32,000 nucleotides of DNA from positions 30,001 to 62,000 of the forward strand of contig CAYHAA010000004.1 in assembly GCA_964354495.1 (NCBI GenBank). The letters run 5' to 3'. The DNA is from an uncultured archaeon. Its GTDB lineage: Archaea > Asgardarchaeota > Thorarchaeia > Thorarchaeales > Thorarchaeaceae. The notes beneath the pieces are model-generated. The model saw only the letters and a list, made by a program, of their open reading frames with translations, did no database searches and was not told the origin of the DNA. Of the stretch, positions 19,353 to 27,221 are shown one piece after another (positions within the stretch are counted from its first letter, which is position 1; each line of letters opens with the position of its first letter). The translations under genes were made by a program, and so were the position numbers.

Positions 19353-19405
19353 TGAATTGTCGATACTAGCTCCTCGCCAGAGAACATCCTCATGAATATG
19401 CATCG
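19353..19405. repeat. 53-bp direct repeat, copy 2
   Basis: Degenerate copy of 18125-18177; the TATA position reads TATTCATG on the minus strand. Confidence 0.85.
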
Positions 19406-19480
19406 GCAACTATTGTTACGCAGAAGTAACAAGTTATTACTATCAGGAAGTCAGTCGTCATCATCAAGATAGTGGTTGCC

Positions 19481-19561
19481 ATGAAGATTGGAATTCACAT
19501 TGAACCTCAAATGGGATACACCTATGACGACATCGTAGAAAAGTTGTTGAAAAGTTGTTGA
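19481..19561 (+). pseudogene. N-terminal remnant of an LLM-class (F420-dependent-like) oxidoreductase
   Basis: MKIGIHIEPQMGYTYDDIVE resembles the xEPQQGxTYDD start of Rv1855c-type LLM enzymes; stops after 26 codons at an 11-bp duplication (GAAAAGTTGTT x2, 19538-19559). Confidence 0.5.
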
Positions 19562-19824
19562 AATACAAAGCTGAAGTAGATGTAGTGAATATCGGTCTCC
19601 CGATTATTGGAGACCTGCGCGGAAATGGGCTGGATACAATTAGGATTCTGAAATAATATATAACCAAAAGACTCTGATGTTGCCGACATTCCAACGACAT
19701 TATGATACTCGGAAATTGGATTTTGAATATTCATAAATGGTATATCTTAGTTTTAAGGCGTATGATGCCTTTTTAGTGTCAGGATTATCGATTATTCAAA
19801 ATGGACATTATATAGCTACAATGA

Positions 19825-20136
19825 GTGAGAATGGATCAGGTGAGTTATTTGAACGCACGCACAACAGCAACAAATGAAAACCGAATTGATATCGTCAGCA
19901 CAGTCCCTCCTGAAGTTGAAGAAACAATACTGACATCTTTTGGAAATGCGATAGTGGAATTTGAAGAAGCACTCTACGTGAAGTTCCTCAGTCTGACAAG
20001 AGGTATTGTCTTGACCAAGAGGGAGTTCATCGAGCATCTAGAGAATATGGAAGAACGAGGCATAGTCGCGTCAGGCATATTCCTTAGGAAGAGATGTTGG
20101 GCAATGGGATCAGACGGGTCAGCCATCTTTGACTAG
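19825..20136 (+). CDS. Hypothetical small protein, possibly winged-helix-like
   Basis: 103-aa ORF; REFIEHLENMEERGIVAS is wHTH-like; no opposing long ORF. Confidence 0.5.
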   Translation: MRMDQVSYLNARTTATNENRIDIVSTVPPEVEETILTSFGNAIVEFEEALYVKFLSLTRGIVLTKREFIEHLENMEERGIVASGIFLRKRCWAMGSDGSAIFD

Positions 20137-20313
20137 CAGTAGGACTATGTGGAATGAAATCAACCGAGAACGCTGGATCCTATCCAAGTTCTACCAGGTA
20201 CGAAACGTCAGTTCCGCAGGATGAACCACTCCCGGAGATTCTTGCGCCAAACGTCATTCATATTCTACTCTGAATGGATATTCAGTCATTAGAATTTGAC
20301 AATTGGTGGTTGA

Positions 20314-21315
20314 ATGATGGGAGCTCGGCTAGTCGCCTTGGTATTTGTATCTGTCTTCCTAGTGTCGGGGGTTGTATCGGTAGCAGGAAACTCAGCATTT
20401 TCGACATCCACAGACACCTATGTCATGCAAAGAAGTGACACCGGAGCAGATCTCAGCGGAAGAACTGTAGGAATCTATGAGAGTTACTTCAGCTATGACG
20501 ATCCGCGAGTAAACGAGAGCCGGACCGCTTTGACTAATATGTTCACATGGATGAATGCCAGCATTATTCAGTTTAATACGACAGACCTTTTGAATGGAGT
20601 ACTCTGGGCCTGTGAGTTACTTGCTATTCCTGAGGGACTTGGACCGACAATTGAAAACAGGCTGACTGATACTGGTATAGGAAAAATACGTGAGTGGGTT
20701 GCACTTGGAGGCTCCTATATCGGGGTCAGAGGAAGTGCTGCAATAGCCGTGAGAGATTCGTATTTCGAACTTTCAAATACAACATTTGATCTTGCCCTCA
20801 TCAACGGTACCTCAATCGAGGTCACGGACCTTCCAGATGAAGTTGTCACAAACGTATCTATCAATAGGAATTGCATCGGCCCAGACCTATCTCAGATGCC
20901 TGAGAACCTGGCAGTTCTCTTTGAGACTGGAAGATACTTTGTCCCCCACGAGGGGCAGGACATAACTATCATAGCAAACTACACGCATCGAAACGTCCCA
21001 GCAATGATAGCAGCAGAGTATGGCGAGGGAAATCTGTTCATCTCGAGTCCTCACTTCGAGTACGAAGAAAACGATGACAGGGACGGAACAGACCATATGG
21101 ATGAATATGACGACCCTGATTCTGAGTGGCCTTTATTGTTGACTATTGCGCGCTGGCTTGTCGATTCATCTCCTACTGTGGCGAATGTCACTGAGTGGCC
21201 ATCCACGAATACAACAGGCACTGGATTTCAGTTGCCTCTTGAGTTCATTGCAATTGGCGGAGGACTAGGAGTGGTCATAATCCTGGCCGCAGTGATAATC
21301 ATCAAGCGACGTTAA
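20314..21315 (+). CDS. Surface-anchored BPL_N / class I glutamine amidotransferase-like protein
   Basis: Signal peptide; LLAIPEG...KIREWVALGGSYIGVRGSA; SSPHFE; C-terminal TM plus KRR. Confidence 0.75.
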   Translation: MMGARLVALVFVSVFLVSGVVSVAGNSAFSTSTDTYVMQRSDTGADLSGRTVGIYESYFSYDDPRVNESRTALTNMFTWMNASIIQFNTTDLLNGVLWACELLAIPEGLGPTIENRLTDTGIGKIREWVALGGSYIGVRGSAAIAVRDSYFELSNTTFDLALINGTSIEVTDLPDEVVTNVSINRNCIGPDLSQMPENLAVLFETGRYFVPHEGQDITIIANYTHRNVPAMIAAEYGEGNLFISSPHFEYEENDDRDGTDHMDEYDDPDSEWPLLLTIARWLVDSSPTVANVTEWPSTNTTGTGFQLPLEFIAIGGGLGVVIILAAVIIIKRR

Positions 21316-21349
21316 TCAAGAAACCGAAACCGCCATTCCAAGAGAGTGT

Positions 21350-21856
21350 TCAACTAGTCTTGTTCACTATTCTCTTGGAAATCACAGTGAATGTATCATC
21401 AACACCATCATTCAACTTCACGGAGGTTTCCAGATAGTCGGCAAGGAACCGTTTTGCAAACTTCTTCCCGTCCTCAGAACTGACTTGACGTTCTGACTTG
21501 AGATCAGTCTTGTTACCGACGACAAGGTTGACAGCACCCTTGAGGTACTTGTCAGCCTCCTTCTTCCAGCTCCACAGTTCCTCCATGGTCTCCGGACGTA
21601 TCACATCGAATATATAGATGACACCGCGAGCACCCTGATAGTATCCTGACCGGACTGCCTCCAGAAAGCTCTGAGAACCAAGATCCCAAATCTGCAGTTT
21701 GACCCTGCTCTGGTCGAATTGCATGCTCTTGATGGAGAAGTCTGCGCCAAGAGTGGGAGTGTAGTACTCTCTGAACTTGCCTGTAGTATATCTCAGAATG
21801 AGACTGGTCTTCCCCACAGCTGAGGGACCAACAGTGACTATCTTGTACAGGAATTG
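21350..21856 (-). CDS. Rab/Ras-like small GTPase domain (eukaryotic-signature protein) without a credible in-frame start
   Basis: G1 GPSAVGKT, G2 YTPTLG, G3 WDLGSQ, G4 NKTD, G5 TSVK; RabF-like YYQGARGVIYIFDV; no C-terminal Cys motif. The track's 22030 start gives a non-protein-like leader. Confidence 0.9.
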   Translation of the reverse strand, partial: QFLYKIVTVGPSAVGKTSLILRYTTGKFREYYTPTLGADFSIKSMQFDQSRVKLQIWDLGSQSFLEAVRSGYYQGARGVIYIFDVIRPETMEELWSWKKEADKYLKGAVNLVVGNKTDLKSERQVSSEDGKKFAKRFLADYLETSVKLNDGVDDTFTVISKRIVNKTS

Positions 21857-21996
21857 GAGAAGCTCTGAATCGCTGTGAAGAATCCTGAGACAAGCATGGG
21901 GTCCAAGTCCTGTGCCTTGGGGTCCAACTTCATGAAGAACAGAGGCATTCCTCCGCGCTCCTTGATGAGAAGGGCTTGAATATTGTGACCAGCCAA
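21838..21996 (-). pseudogene. Longin-domain N-terminal fragment (52 aa), out of frame with the GTPase
   Basis: TATA-like ATAAATTA near 22040, RBS AGGAGTG, TTG 21996: MAGHNIQALLIKERGGMPLFFMKLDPKAQDLDPMLVSGFFTAIQSFS-NSCTR*. The GxPLF and DxxLxSGFxxAIxSF pattern is longin-like beta1-beta2-alpha1. Confidence 0.72.
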
Positions 21997-22094
21997 GTGT
22001 ATCCACTCCTGAGTACACGTGAGTGGCCATGCTGTATTAATTTATGCGATACAATGCTCGCAACGCCGACAGTGATTCTGGCCTTACCAAACTA

Positions 22095-23777
22095 TCAGAA
22101 GATCTTTGGCTCTTCCCACTCACCCCACAGCTCGCGCCAGACGTCAAAGATTTCACCAACAGAGGCATACTCCTTGACGCAGTTCACGATGTGAGGCATA
22201 ACATTCTCAGTGCCCTCAGAGGCCTTCCGAAGACCGTCCAATGCCTTCTGGACCTTCCTGTTATCCCGCTCACGCTTGGTCTTGTGCAGACGAGCAACCT
22301 GTTTTCGTTCCACTTCAGGGTCTATTTTGAGCACAGGAATAGTCAGGTCTTCGCCCTCAAGAATATACTCGTTGACGCCGACGATTATGCGGTCTCCGCT
22401 CTCAACTTCCTTTTGGTAGCGATATGACGCCTCCGCAATTTCCCTCTGGAAGAATCCTTTCTCAATGGCATCTACGACGCCTCCTAGTGCTTCAACTCTT
22501 TCAAAGTAGTGATAGGCCTCCTCTTCCATCGTGTTGGTCAGAGACTCTACATAGTATGAGCCTGCCAAGGGGTCTATCGTATTGGCAGCACCACTCTCAT
22601 GGGCTAGGACTTGCTGTGTCCTGAGGGCGACACGCACCGCATCCTCTGTGGGGAGACAGAGCGCCTCATCCATGCTGTTTGTGTGGAGCGACTGTGTACC
22701 GCCAAGAACTGCCGCTAGAGCCTGATAGGCAGTCCTCACAACATTGAGCATTGGCTGCTGAGCAGTGAGTGAGCATCCAGCAGTCTGAGTGTGAAACCTC
22801 ATCCACAGCGAGCGCTCATTCTTCGCTCCGAAGGTCTCCTTCATCTCACGAGCCCAGATTCTACGTGCAGCACGATACTTCGCGACTTCTTCAAAGATGT
22901 CATTGTGAGCATTGAAGAAGAAGGATAGACGGGGCGCAAATGCATCGACATCCAAGCCGTGCTTCATGCCAACCTTCACATACTCCATCCCGTTGAGAAG
23001 TGTGAATGCTAGCTCTTGGGCTGCTGTAGATCCTGCTTCTCGGATGTGGTACCCTGAGATTGAGATGGTGTTCCAGCGCGGAATGTGCTTTATTGAGTAC
23101 TCCATGATGTCGCCAATGATTCGCAGTGACGGTGTTGGAGCAAGAATCCAAGACTTCTGAGCCATGTATTCCTTAAGGATATCGTTCTGAATCGTGCCAC
23201 CAATCTTGTCAGAGGAAATACCCTGCTTTCCCGCTGCAACCATGTACATTGCCAGCAATATCGATGCTGGAGCATTGATCGTCATAGATGTCGTGACCTT
23301 GTCAACGAGAATTCCCGAAAAGAGAATCTCCATGTCTTTTAGCGTGTCAACAGCGACGCCGAGTTTTCCCACTTCTCCAAGAGCGTAGGGGTGATCTGAC
23401 TCGCGAGCGAAAATAGTGGGAAGGTGAAAGGCGACGCTGAGACCAGTCTGCCCATTTGCCAATAGGAATTTGAACCGCTCATTCGATTCCTCGGCGGAGC
23501 CCATGCCAGCAAACTGTCGCATGGTCCAGAGCTGGCCACGATACATGGTCGGCTGAATACCTCGCGTGAAGGGATACTCACTCGGGAATCCCAAGTCCTT
23601 CATGTAGTCGAACTTGGGCACATCAAGGGGCGAGTAGAGCACCCTAACAGGTCTGCTGGAGGTTGTGACGAACTCCTTTCGACGATCGGCATACTTCTGC
23701 TGATGCGGACGTAGGGTCTCCTTCTCCCACCTGTCATAGGCCTTCTGAATATCATCCAATTTCCTATCCGTACCCAT
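22095..23777 (-). CDS. icmA: B12 acyl-CoA mutase large subunit with isobutyryl-CoA mutase signature
   Basis: [11 protein letters not shown] (Phe) and [13 protein letters not shown] (Gln) replace the Tyr/Arg of MCM; [34 protein letters not shown] present. Confidence 0.85.
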   Translation of the reverse strand: MGTDRKLDDIQKAYDRWEKETLRPHQQKYADRRKEFVTTSSRPVRVLYSPLDVPKFDYMKDLGFPSEYPFTRGIQPTMYRGQLWTMRQFAGMGSAEESNERFKFLLANGQTGLSVAFHLPTIFARESDHPYALGEVGKLGVAVDTLKDMEILFSGILVDKVTTSMTINAPASILLAMYMVAAGKQGISSDKIGGTIQNDILKEYMAQKSWILAPTPSLRIIGDIMEYSIKHIPRWNTISISGYHIREAGSTAAQELAFTLLNGMEYVKVGMKHGLDVDAFAPRLSFFFNAHNDIFEEVAKYRAARRIWAREMKETFGAKNERSLWMRFHTQTAGCSLTAQQPMLNVVRTAYQALAAVLGGTQSLHTNSMDEALCLPTEDAVRVALRTQQVLAHESGAANTIDPLAGSYYVESLTNTMEEEAYHYFERVEALGGVVDAIEKGFFQREIAEASYRYQKEVESGDRIIVGVNEYILEGEDLTIPVLKIDPEVERKQVARLHKTKRERDNRKVQKALDGLRKASEGTENVMPHIVNCVKEYASVGEIFDVWRELWGEWEEPKIF

Positions 23778-23858
23778 GGCGTTTTCCTCTGTAGTGAAGC
23801 ACGCCCCCGAACGTGGTATCTAATATTAACTGTTCGATTTGGGGGCATACCGGCTTGA

Positions 23859-24419
23859 TCAGAATTCAAAGCCCTTTCGTGCTTTCGTCTTCTGGGTGGC
23901 GAAATAGTGTTTTATCTCTCGCATTTCTGTCACAAGATCTGCTGCATCGAGCACCTCTTGTTTCGCATATCTCCCCGTCATTATCAATTCAACATCAGGC
24001 GGTTTGAGAGTGATAAGATTCAGCTGCTCCTCAAGTGAGATGAGGTTCCATTCAACAGCGACGTTGATCTCATCGAGGATGAGCACATCACACTTGTGTT
24101 CCCTTAGTGCCACTTCAGCCATCTTTAGAGCGTCCTGAGCCATCGAGATATCGATCGGGTCAGGATTTTCTCTATCCACAAAGGTGTTCCTTCCCATCGG
24201 GATTATTGTGAAGTTCGGAATCAGATCCACTGCACGAAACTCACCGTAGTTGATATCGGTTCCGTCGCCTCTCTGAGCAACCTTTGCCTTCATGAACGAG
24301 ATGACCAGCACCTCGAGACCGTGTCCGGCAGCTCTGAGGCCAGCTCCGAGCGCACAAGTGGTCTTTCCTTTGCCATTTCCAGTATAGACCTGAACAAGGC
24401 CTTTAGTTCTGTTCTTCAT
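23859..24419 (-). CDS. cobO: Cob(I)yrinic acid a,c-diamide adenosyltransferase (CobO/BtuR)
   Basis: GLVQVYTGNGKGKTTCALG..LRAAGHG, ILDEINVA, ELIMTGR, ADLVTEMREIKHYF...ARKGFEF. Confidence 0.95.
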   Translation of the reverse strand: MKNRTKGLVQVYTGNGKGKTTCALGAGLRAAGHGLEVLVISFMKAKVAQRGDGTDINYGEFRAVDLIPNFTIIPMGRNTFVDRENPDPIDISMAQDALKMAEVALREHKCDVLILDEINVAVEWNLISLEEQLNLITLKPPDVELIMTGRYAKQEVLDAADLVTEMREIKHYFATQKTKARKGFEF

Positions 24420-24570
24420 ACACTTCCCTCAGCCGACTTGATTCGCCTTGCGGCTTCAAAGACATTCGAGAGGGCGGACTTCCTCGACTTCATGTACTTG
24501 GGGAATCCATACGGACCAGCTACGAGCATCAGGTTACCTCTTTTGGGACATGATGTAGACCCTCGACAAG

Positions 24571-25332
24571 CTACTTTTGTCTTTCGTCATACCCGCTCAA
24601 CAGCAGTTCATTAAGAGAATGAGCCAGCTCTCCAACAACTGATACAGCGTGCATGGTGCTCTCTGAGGGGTCTGCTGCAACAGCAACAGTAAGCGACTTG
24701 ACTCGAAGCAGCTGCACATTGTGATCACCTGAGATGACGCTTGTCGGAACAATATCCATGACCGGTTTGATTGTGCCTTGAGAGATATCCACCTCAAGCC
24801 TGAAGAGGTGGCATTCAGGGACATTTCCCCGCAACATCTTTCCTCTTGAGTCAAAAACACCGACAAAGGAGATCTCATGAAGTTCCATTTTTGAGTCAAT
24901 AAGCCGGTCGATGGAGTTCAGGAGGTGTTCAGAGGGGGATGTCAGATTCAGTGAGGTGTACTCATCAATGATACTGTCGAGATTGATCACCTCGGACGTA
25001 CTACCGCTCCACGACCGAATCATGTCACCGTAGTGATTCATCAAGGTACGACCTAGCGCGATCATCATGTCTTTCATCGGTGCAACAGGCTGTCCGTACT
25101 GTGTACGAGCCACCAATGTAAAAGACCGAAAGAATGCATAGGCCCACACGCTCTCCTCGTGTTCCAAGATGTAGACACGGTCTGAAGAGGTACTCGGACT
25201 CGAACGAAACAGAACAACGCTGTTTTTGATGAACACAGGTAGTGTCTTCAGATCGACAGGGCTGCTTTCCTCAAATGACCTGGCATAGAGAGGGTCGCCA
25301 TCGCCCGTGACGATATACAGACAGCGTATCAT
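24571..25332 (-). CDS. Putative longin-like + roadblock-like two-domain protein
   Basis: ATG 25332 after GGAGG. N-terminal MIRCLYIVTGDGDPLYARSF (longin-like hairpin); C-terminal helix-ISFVGVFDSRGKML-helix-three strands-helix (roadblock topology). Confidence 0.6.
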   Translation of the reverse strand: MIRCLYIVTGDGDPLYARSFEESSPVDLKTLPVFIKNSVVLFRSSPSTSSDRVYILEHEESVWAYAFFRSFTLVARTQYGQPVAPMKDMMIALGRTLMNHYGDMIRSWSGSTSEVINLDSIIDEYTSLNLTSPSEHLLNSIDRLIDSKMELHEISFVGVFDSRGKMLRGNVPECHLFRLEVDISQGTIKPVMDIVPTSVISGDHNVQLLRVKSLTVAVAADPSESTMHAVSVVGELAHSLNELLLSGYDERQK

Positions 25333-25466
25333 TGTAGACCTAGCCTCCTGTACCACAGTCCTGCGCATGTCATAAGAGTTGCTGGTGGATAATGATACGC
25401 TCGCCATGTCGCAAGTCAGTAGACTTTAATCCGGATGAAGTCACTACGGCTAGTGGTCGGTATCAG

Positions 25467-25805
25467 ATGTCAGATGATGACTTCCCCTTCAAAGAGCCAA
25501 CGAAACGAAGCAAGAAGGACCTCCAGAAACGAACACGATATGATATCTACGCAGAGCTACTTCGTGTCGTCTACATTTGGGGATACTGCCCGCTCACAAG
25601 GGCTGCAAGGTCCACAAACATGCCTGTCGACAGAGCGAAGGAGTCAATCAGCGAACTCTGTGGGCGAGGATTGCTTGAGGAGGACGATGATGAAGGAAAG
25701 AGAGTCTACAAGGTGACAGTAAGAGGGCACCAGTATCTTGAGCTCTATAAGAGACTCGCTGGGCTTGTTGGCATTCCTATTCCAGAGCCCATAATCGGGA
25801 TGTGA
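25467..25805 (+). CDS. Archaeal winged-HTH transcriptional regulator (HTH_45-like)
   Basis: RTRYDIYAELL...TRAARSTNM...ELCGRGLLEE...VYKVTVRGHQYL; start set to ATG 25467. Confidence 0.85.
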   Translation: MSDDDFPFKEPTKRSKKDLQKRTRYDIYAELLRVVYIWGYCPLTRAARSTNMPVDRAKESISELCGRGLLEEDDDEGKRVYKVTVRGHQYLELYKRLAGLVGIPIPEPIIGM

Positions 25806-25830
25806 TTAGAATCTGTACGCGAAAAGAGCT

Positions 25831-25874
25831 AGTCACAACTTGTGACTTCATTTTGTGACTTTGGCTTATATATA
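25831..25874 (+). promoter_or_regulatory. Palindromic operator, extra half-site and TATA box of the bactofilin-like gene
   Basis: AGTCACAA-c-TTGTGACT (25831-25847), second TTGTGACT (25853-25860), TTATATATA (25866-25874), AGGTGA RBS before ATG 25921. Confidence 0.75.
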
Positions 25875-25920
25875 CAATTTGAGAGTGTTTGATTAGATTA
25901 TTTCATTAGGTGAAGGCCCG

Positions 25921-27162
25921 ATGAGCAACAACTTGGAATATCATAACGAAGATGCAGTCGAACTAGACTCAGCTGAGGGCGATGTCGTGATTCGAAACTG
26001 CAGAACACTGAGGCCAAAGAAGGGCAAGGAAATCACAATTGGCGGAGCGCTCATTGTCTATGAGGAATTGTCTGTCGAAGGAGACCTTCGATGTGATCGA
26101 CTCGAGTTGAAGACGAGAGACCGTGTGGTCGTCAATGGGAGTCTCTATGTCGCCAAATCCATTGATGCAAGAAAGGGCTCTATCGAGGTGGAAGACAACC
26201 TCGAGGCTCGAGATATCGATGCGGGTGCCACATTGAGAGTTGGTGGCAACCTAAAATGCATCGCTGCAAAAGCAGGTGCTTCTGTTGCAGTTCAAGGAGA
26301 TGCTGAGGCCCAGAGATTGACTGGAGGCGGCTCAGTCAAAGTCGGAGGTCTCTGCAAGGTCGAGAGAGTTTCTGGCGGAGGTTCTGTGTCAGTTGAAGGC
26401 AGGATTGAAACAGACGAGCTAGATGCTGGCGGCTCAGGGAAAGCCGTGGATGGCACCATCAAGAAAGTATCAGTAGGTGGTAGTTTCAAGGCAGAAGGAG
26501 CCATTGTGATAGATGATCTTGATGTCGGAGGCTCTGCAAGCGTTGGTCCTGGCTCCAAGGTAAGGAATGTCGATATCGGTGGAACTTTCAGAGCAGAGGG
26601 AGACCTCGAGTTCGGTGCTATCGATGTAGGCGGCACAGTGAAAATAGAAGGCAACGCGCACGGCGACTCAATAGATGTTGGAGGCACTGTGAAAGCAGAG
26701 GGAGACCTCACACTGGCCCAGGGACTCGATGTTGGAGGGACCGTCGCGGTTGATGGAAACCTGAAATGCGACGACAAGATTAAGGTCGGTGGAACAGTCA
26801 AAGTCGAAGGCAGAATAGACACCTTCCGAATAATAGTCGGAGGAGAGATCTCTGCTTCCTACATCAAGGCAACAGATGGATTCAGAATTGGCAAGCGTGC
26901 AGAGGTCAGCGGATTTGTCGAGTCAAGGGAGATTCTCATACGGGAACGTGCGAGAACCGACTCACTATACGGTGATGACATCAGAATTGAAGAACGTGCC
27001 CGAGTAGGCAGTATCTATGGACACAAGATCTACATCGAACGAGATGTCATTGTAGAAGGCAAAACCCTCTACACGGAGAGTATTGAGTCAGAAAGTGGTG
27101 TTCAATTCAAGGAAGAGCCCAGAAAAGTGGATGCACTCCCGCCTCCGGAGCAGCTCAAGTAG
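25921..27162 (+). CDS. Long polymer-forming cytoskeletal (bactofilin-like) beta-helix repeat protein
   Basis: Many 17-18 aa repeats of the type xxxDxIDVGGTVKxEG across about 400 aa; no signal peptide. Confidence 0.8.
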   Translation: MSNNLEYHNEDAVELDSAEGDVVIRNCRTLRPKKGKEITIGGALIVYEELSVEGDLRCDRLELKTRDRVVVNGSLYVAKSIDARKGSIEVEDNLEARDIDAGATLRVGGNLKCIAAKAGASVAVQGDAEAQRLTGGGSVKVGGLCKVERVSGGGSVSVEGRIETDELDAGGSGKAVDGTIKKVSVGGSFKAEGAIVIDDLDVGGSASVGPGSKVRNVDIGGTFRAEGDLEFGAIDVGGTVKIEGNAHGDSIDVGGTVKAEGDLTLAQGLDVGGTVAVDGNLKCDDKIKVGGTVKVEGRIDTFRIIVGGEISASYIKATDGFRIGKRAEVSGFVESREILIRERARTDSLYGDDIRIEERARVGSIYGHKIYIERDVIVEGKTLYTESIESESGVQFKEEPRKVDALPPPEQLK

Positions 27163-27167
27163 TCGAC

Positions 27168-27183
27168 AGTGAAGGCCTTCACT
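27168..27183. terminator. Perfect 16-bp palindrome between convergent genes
   Basis: AGTGAAGG|CCTTCACT followed by TCTTCCT. Confidence 0.55.
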
Positions 27184-27221
27184 TCTTCCTAGTTGTGGGC
27201 GGAATGACTCAGTCCTTGGCA

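Noticed and set aside
21838-21900. Programmed -1 frameshift linking longin and GTPase
   Set aside because: No X-XXY-YYZ slippery heptamer near the junction, and the longin domain would still be missing more than half its length.
21997-22030. ATG 22030 as start of a 226-aa GTPase
   Set aside because: It lies only about 6-10 nt from the TATA-like element, has no RBS and gives a non-protein-like leader; the overlapping TTG frame has an RBS and a recognisable domain.
24420-24570. Cobalamin riboswitch upstream of cobO
   Set aside because: Only a small GCC-GCAA-GGC hairpin; conserved B12-box and core motifs not seen.
26292-26822. 176-aa Ser/Pro/Thr-rich repeat ORF on the minus strand
   Set aside because: Antisense mirror of the GG repeats in the bactofilin-like gene.
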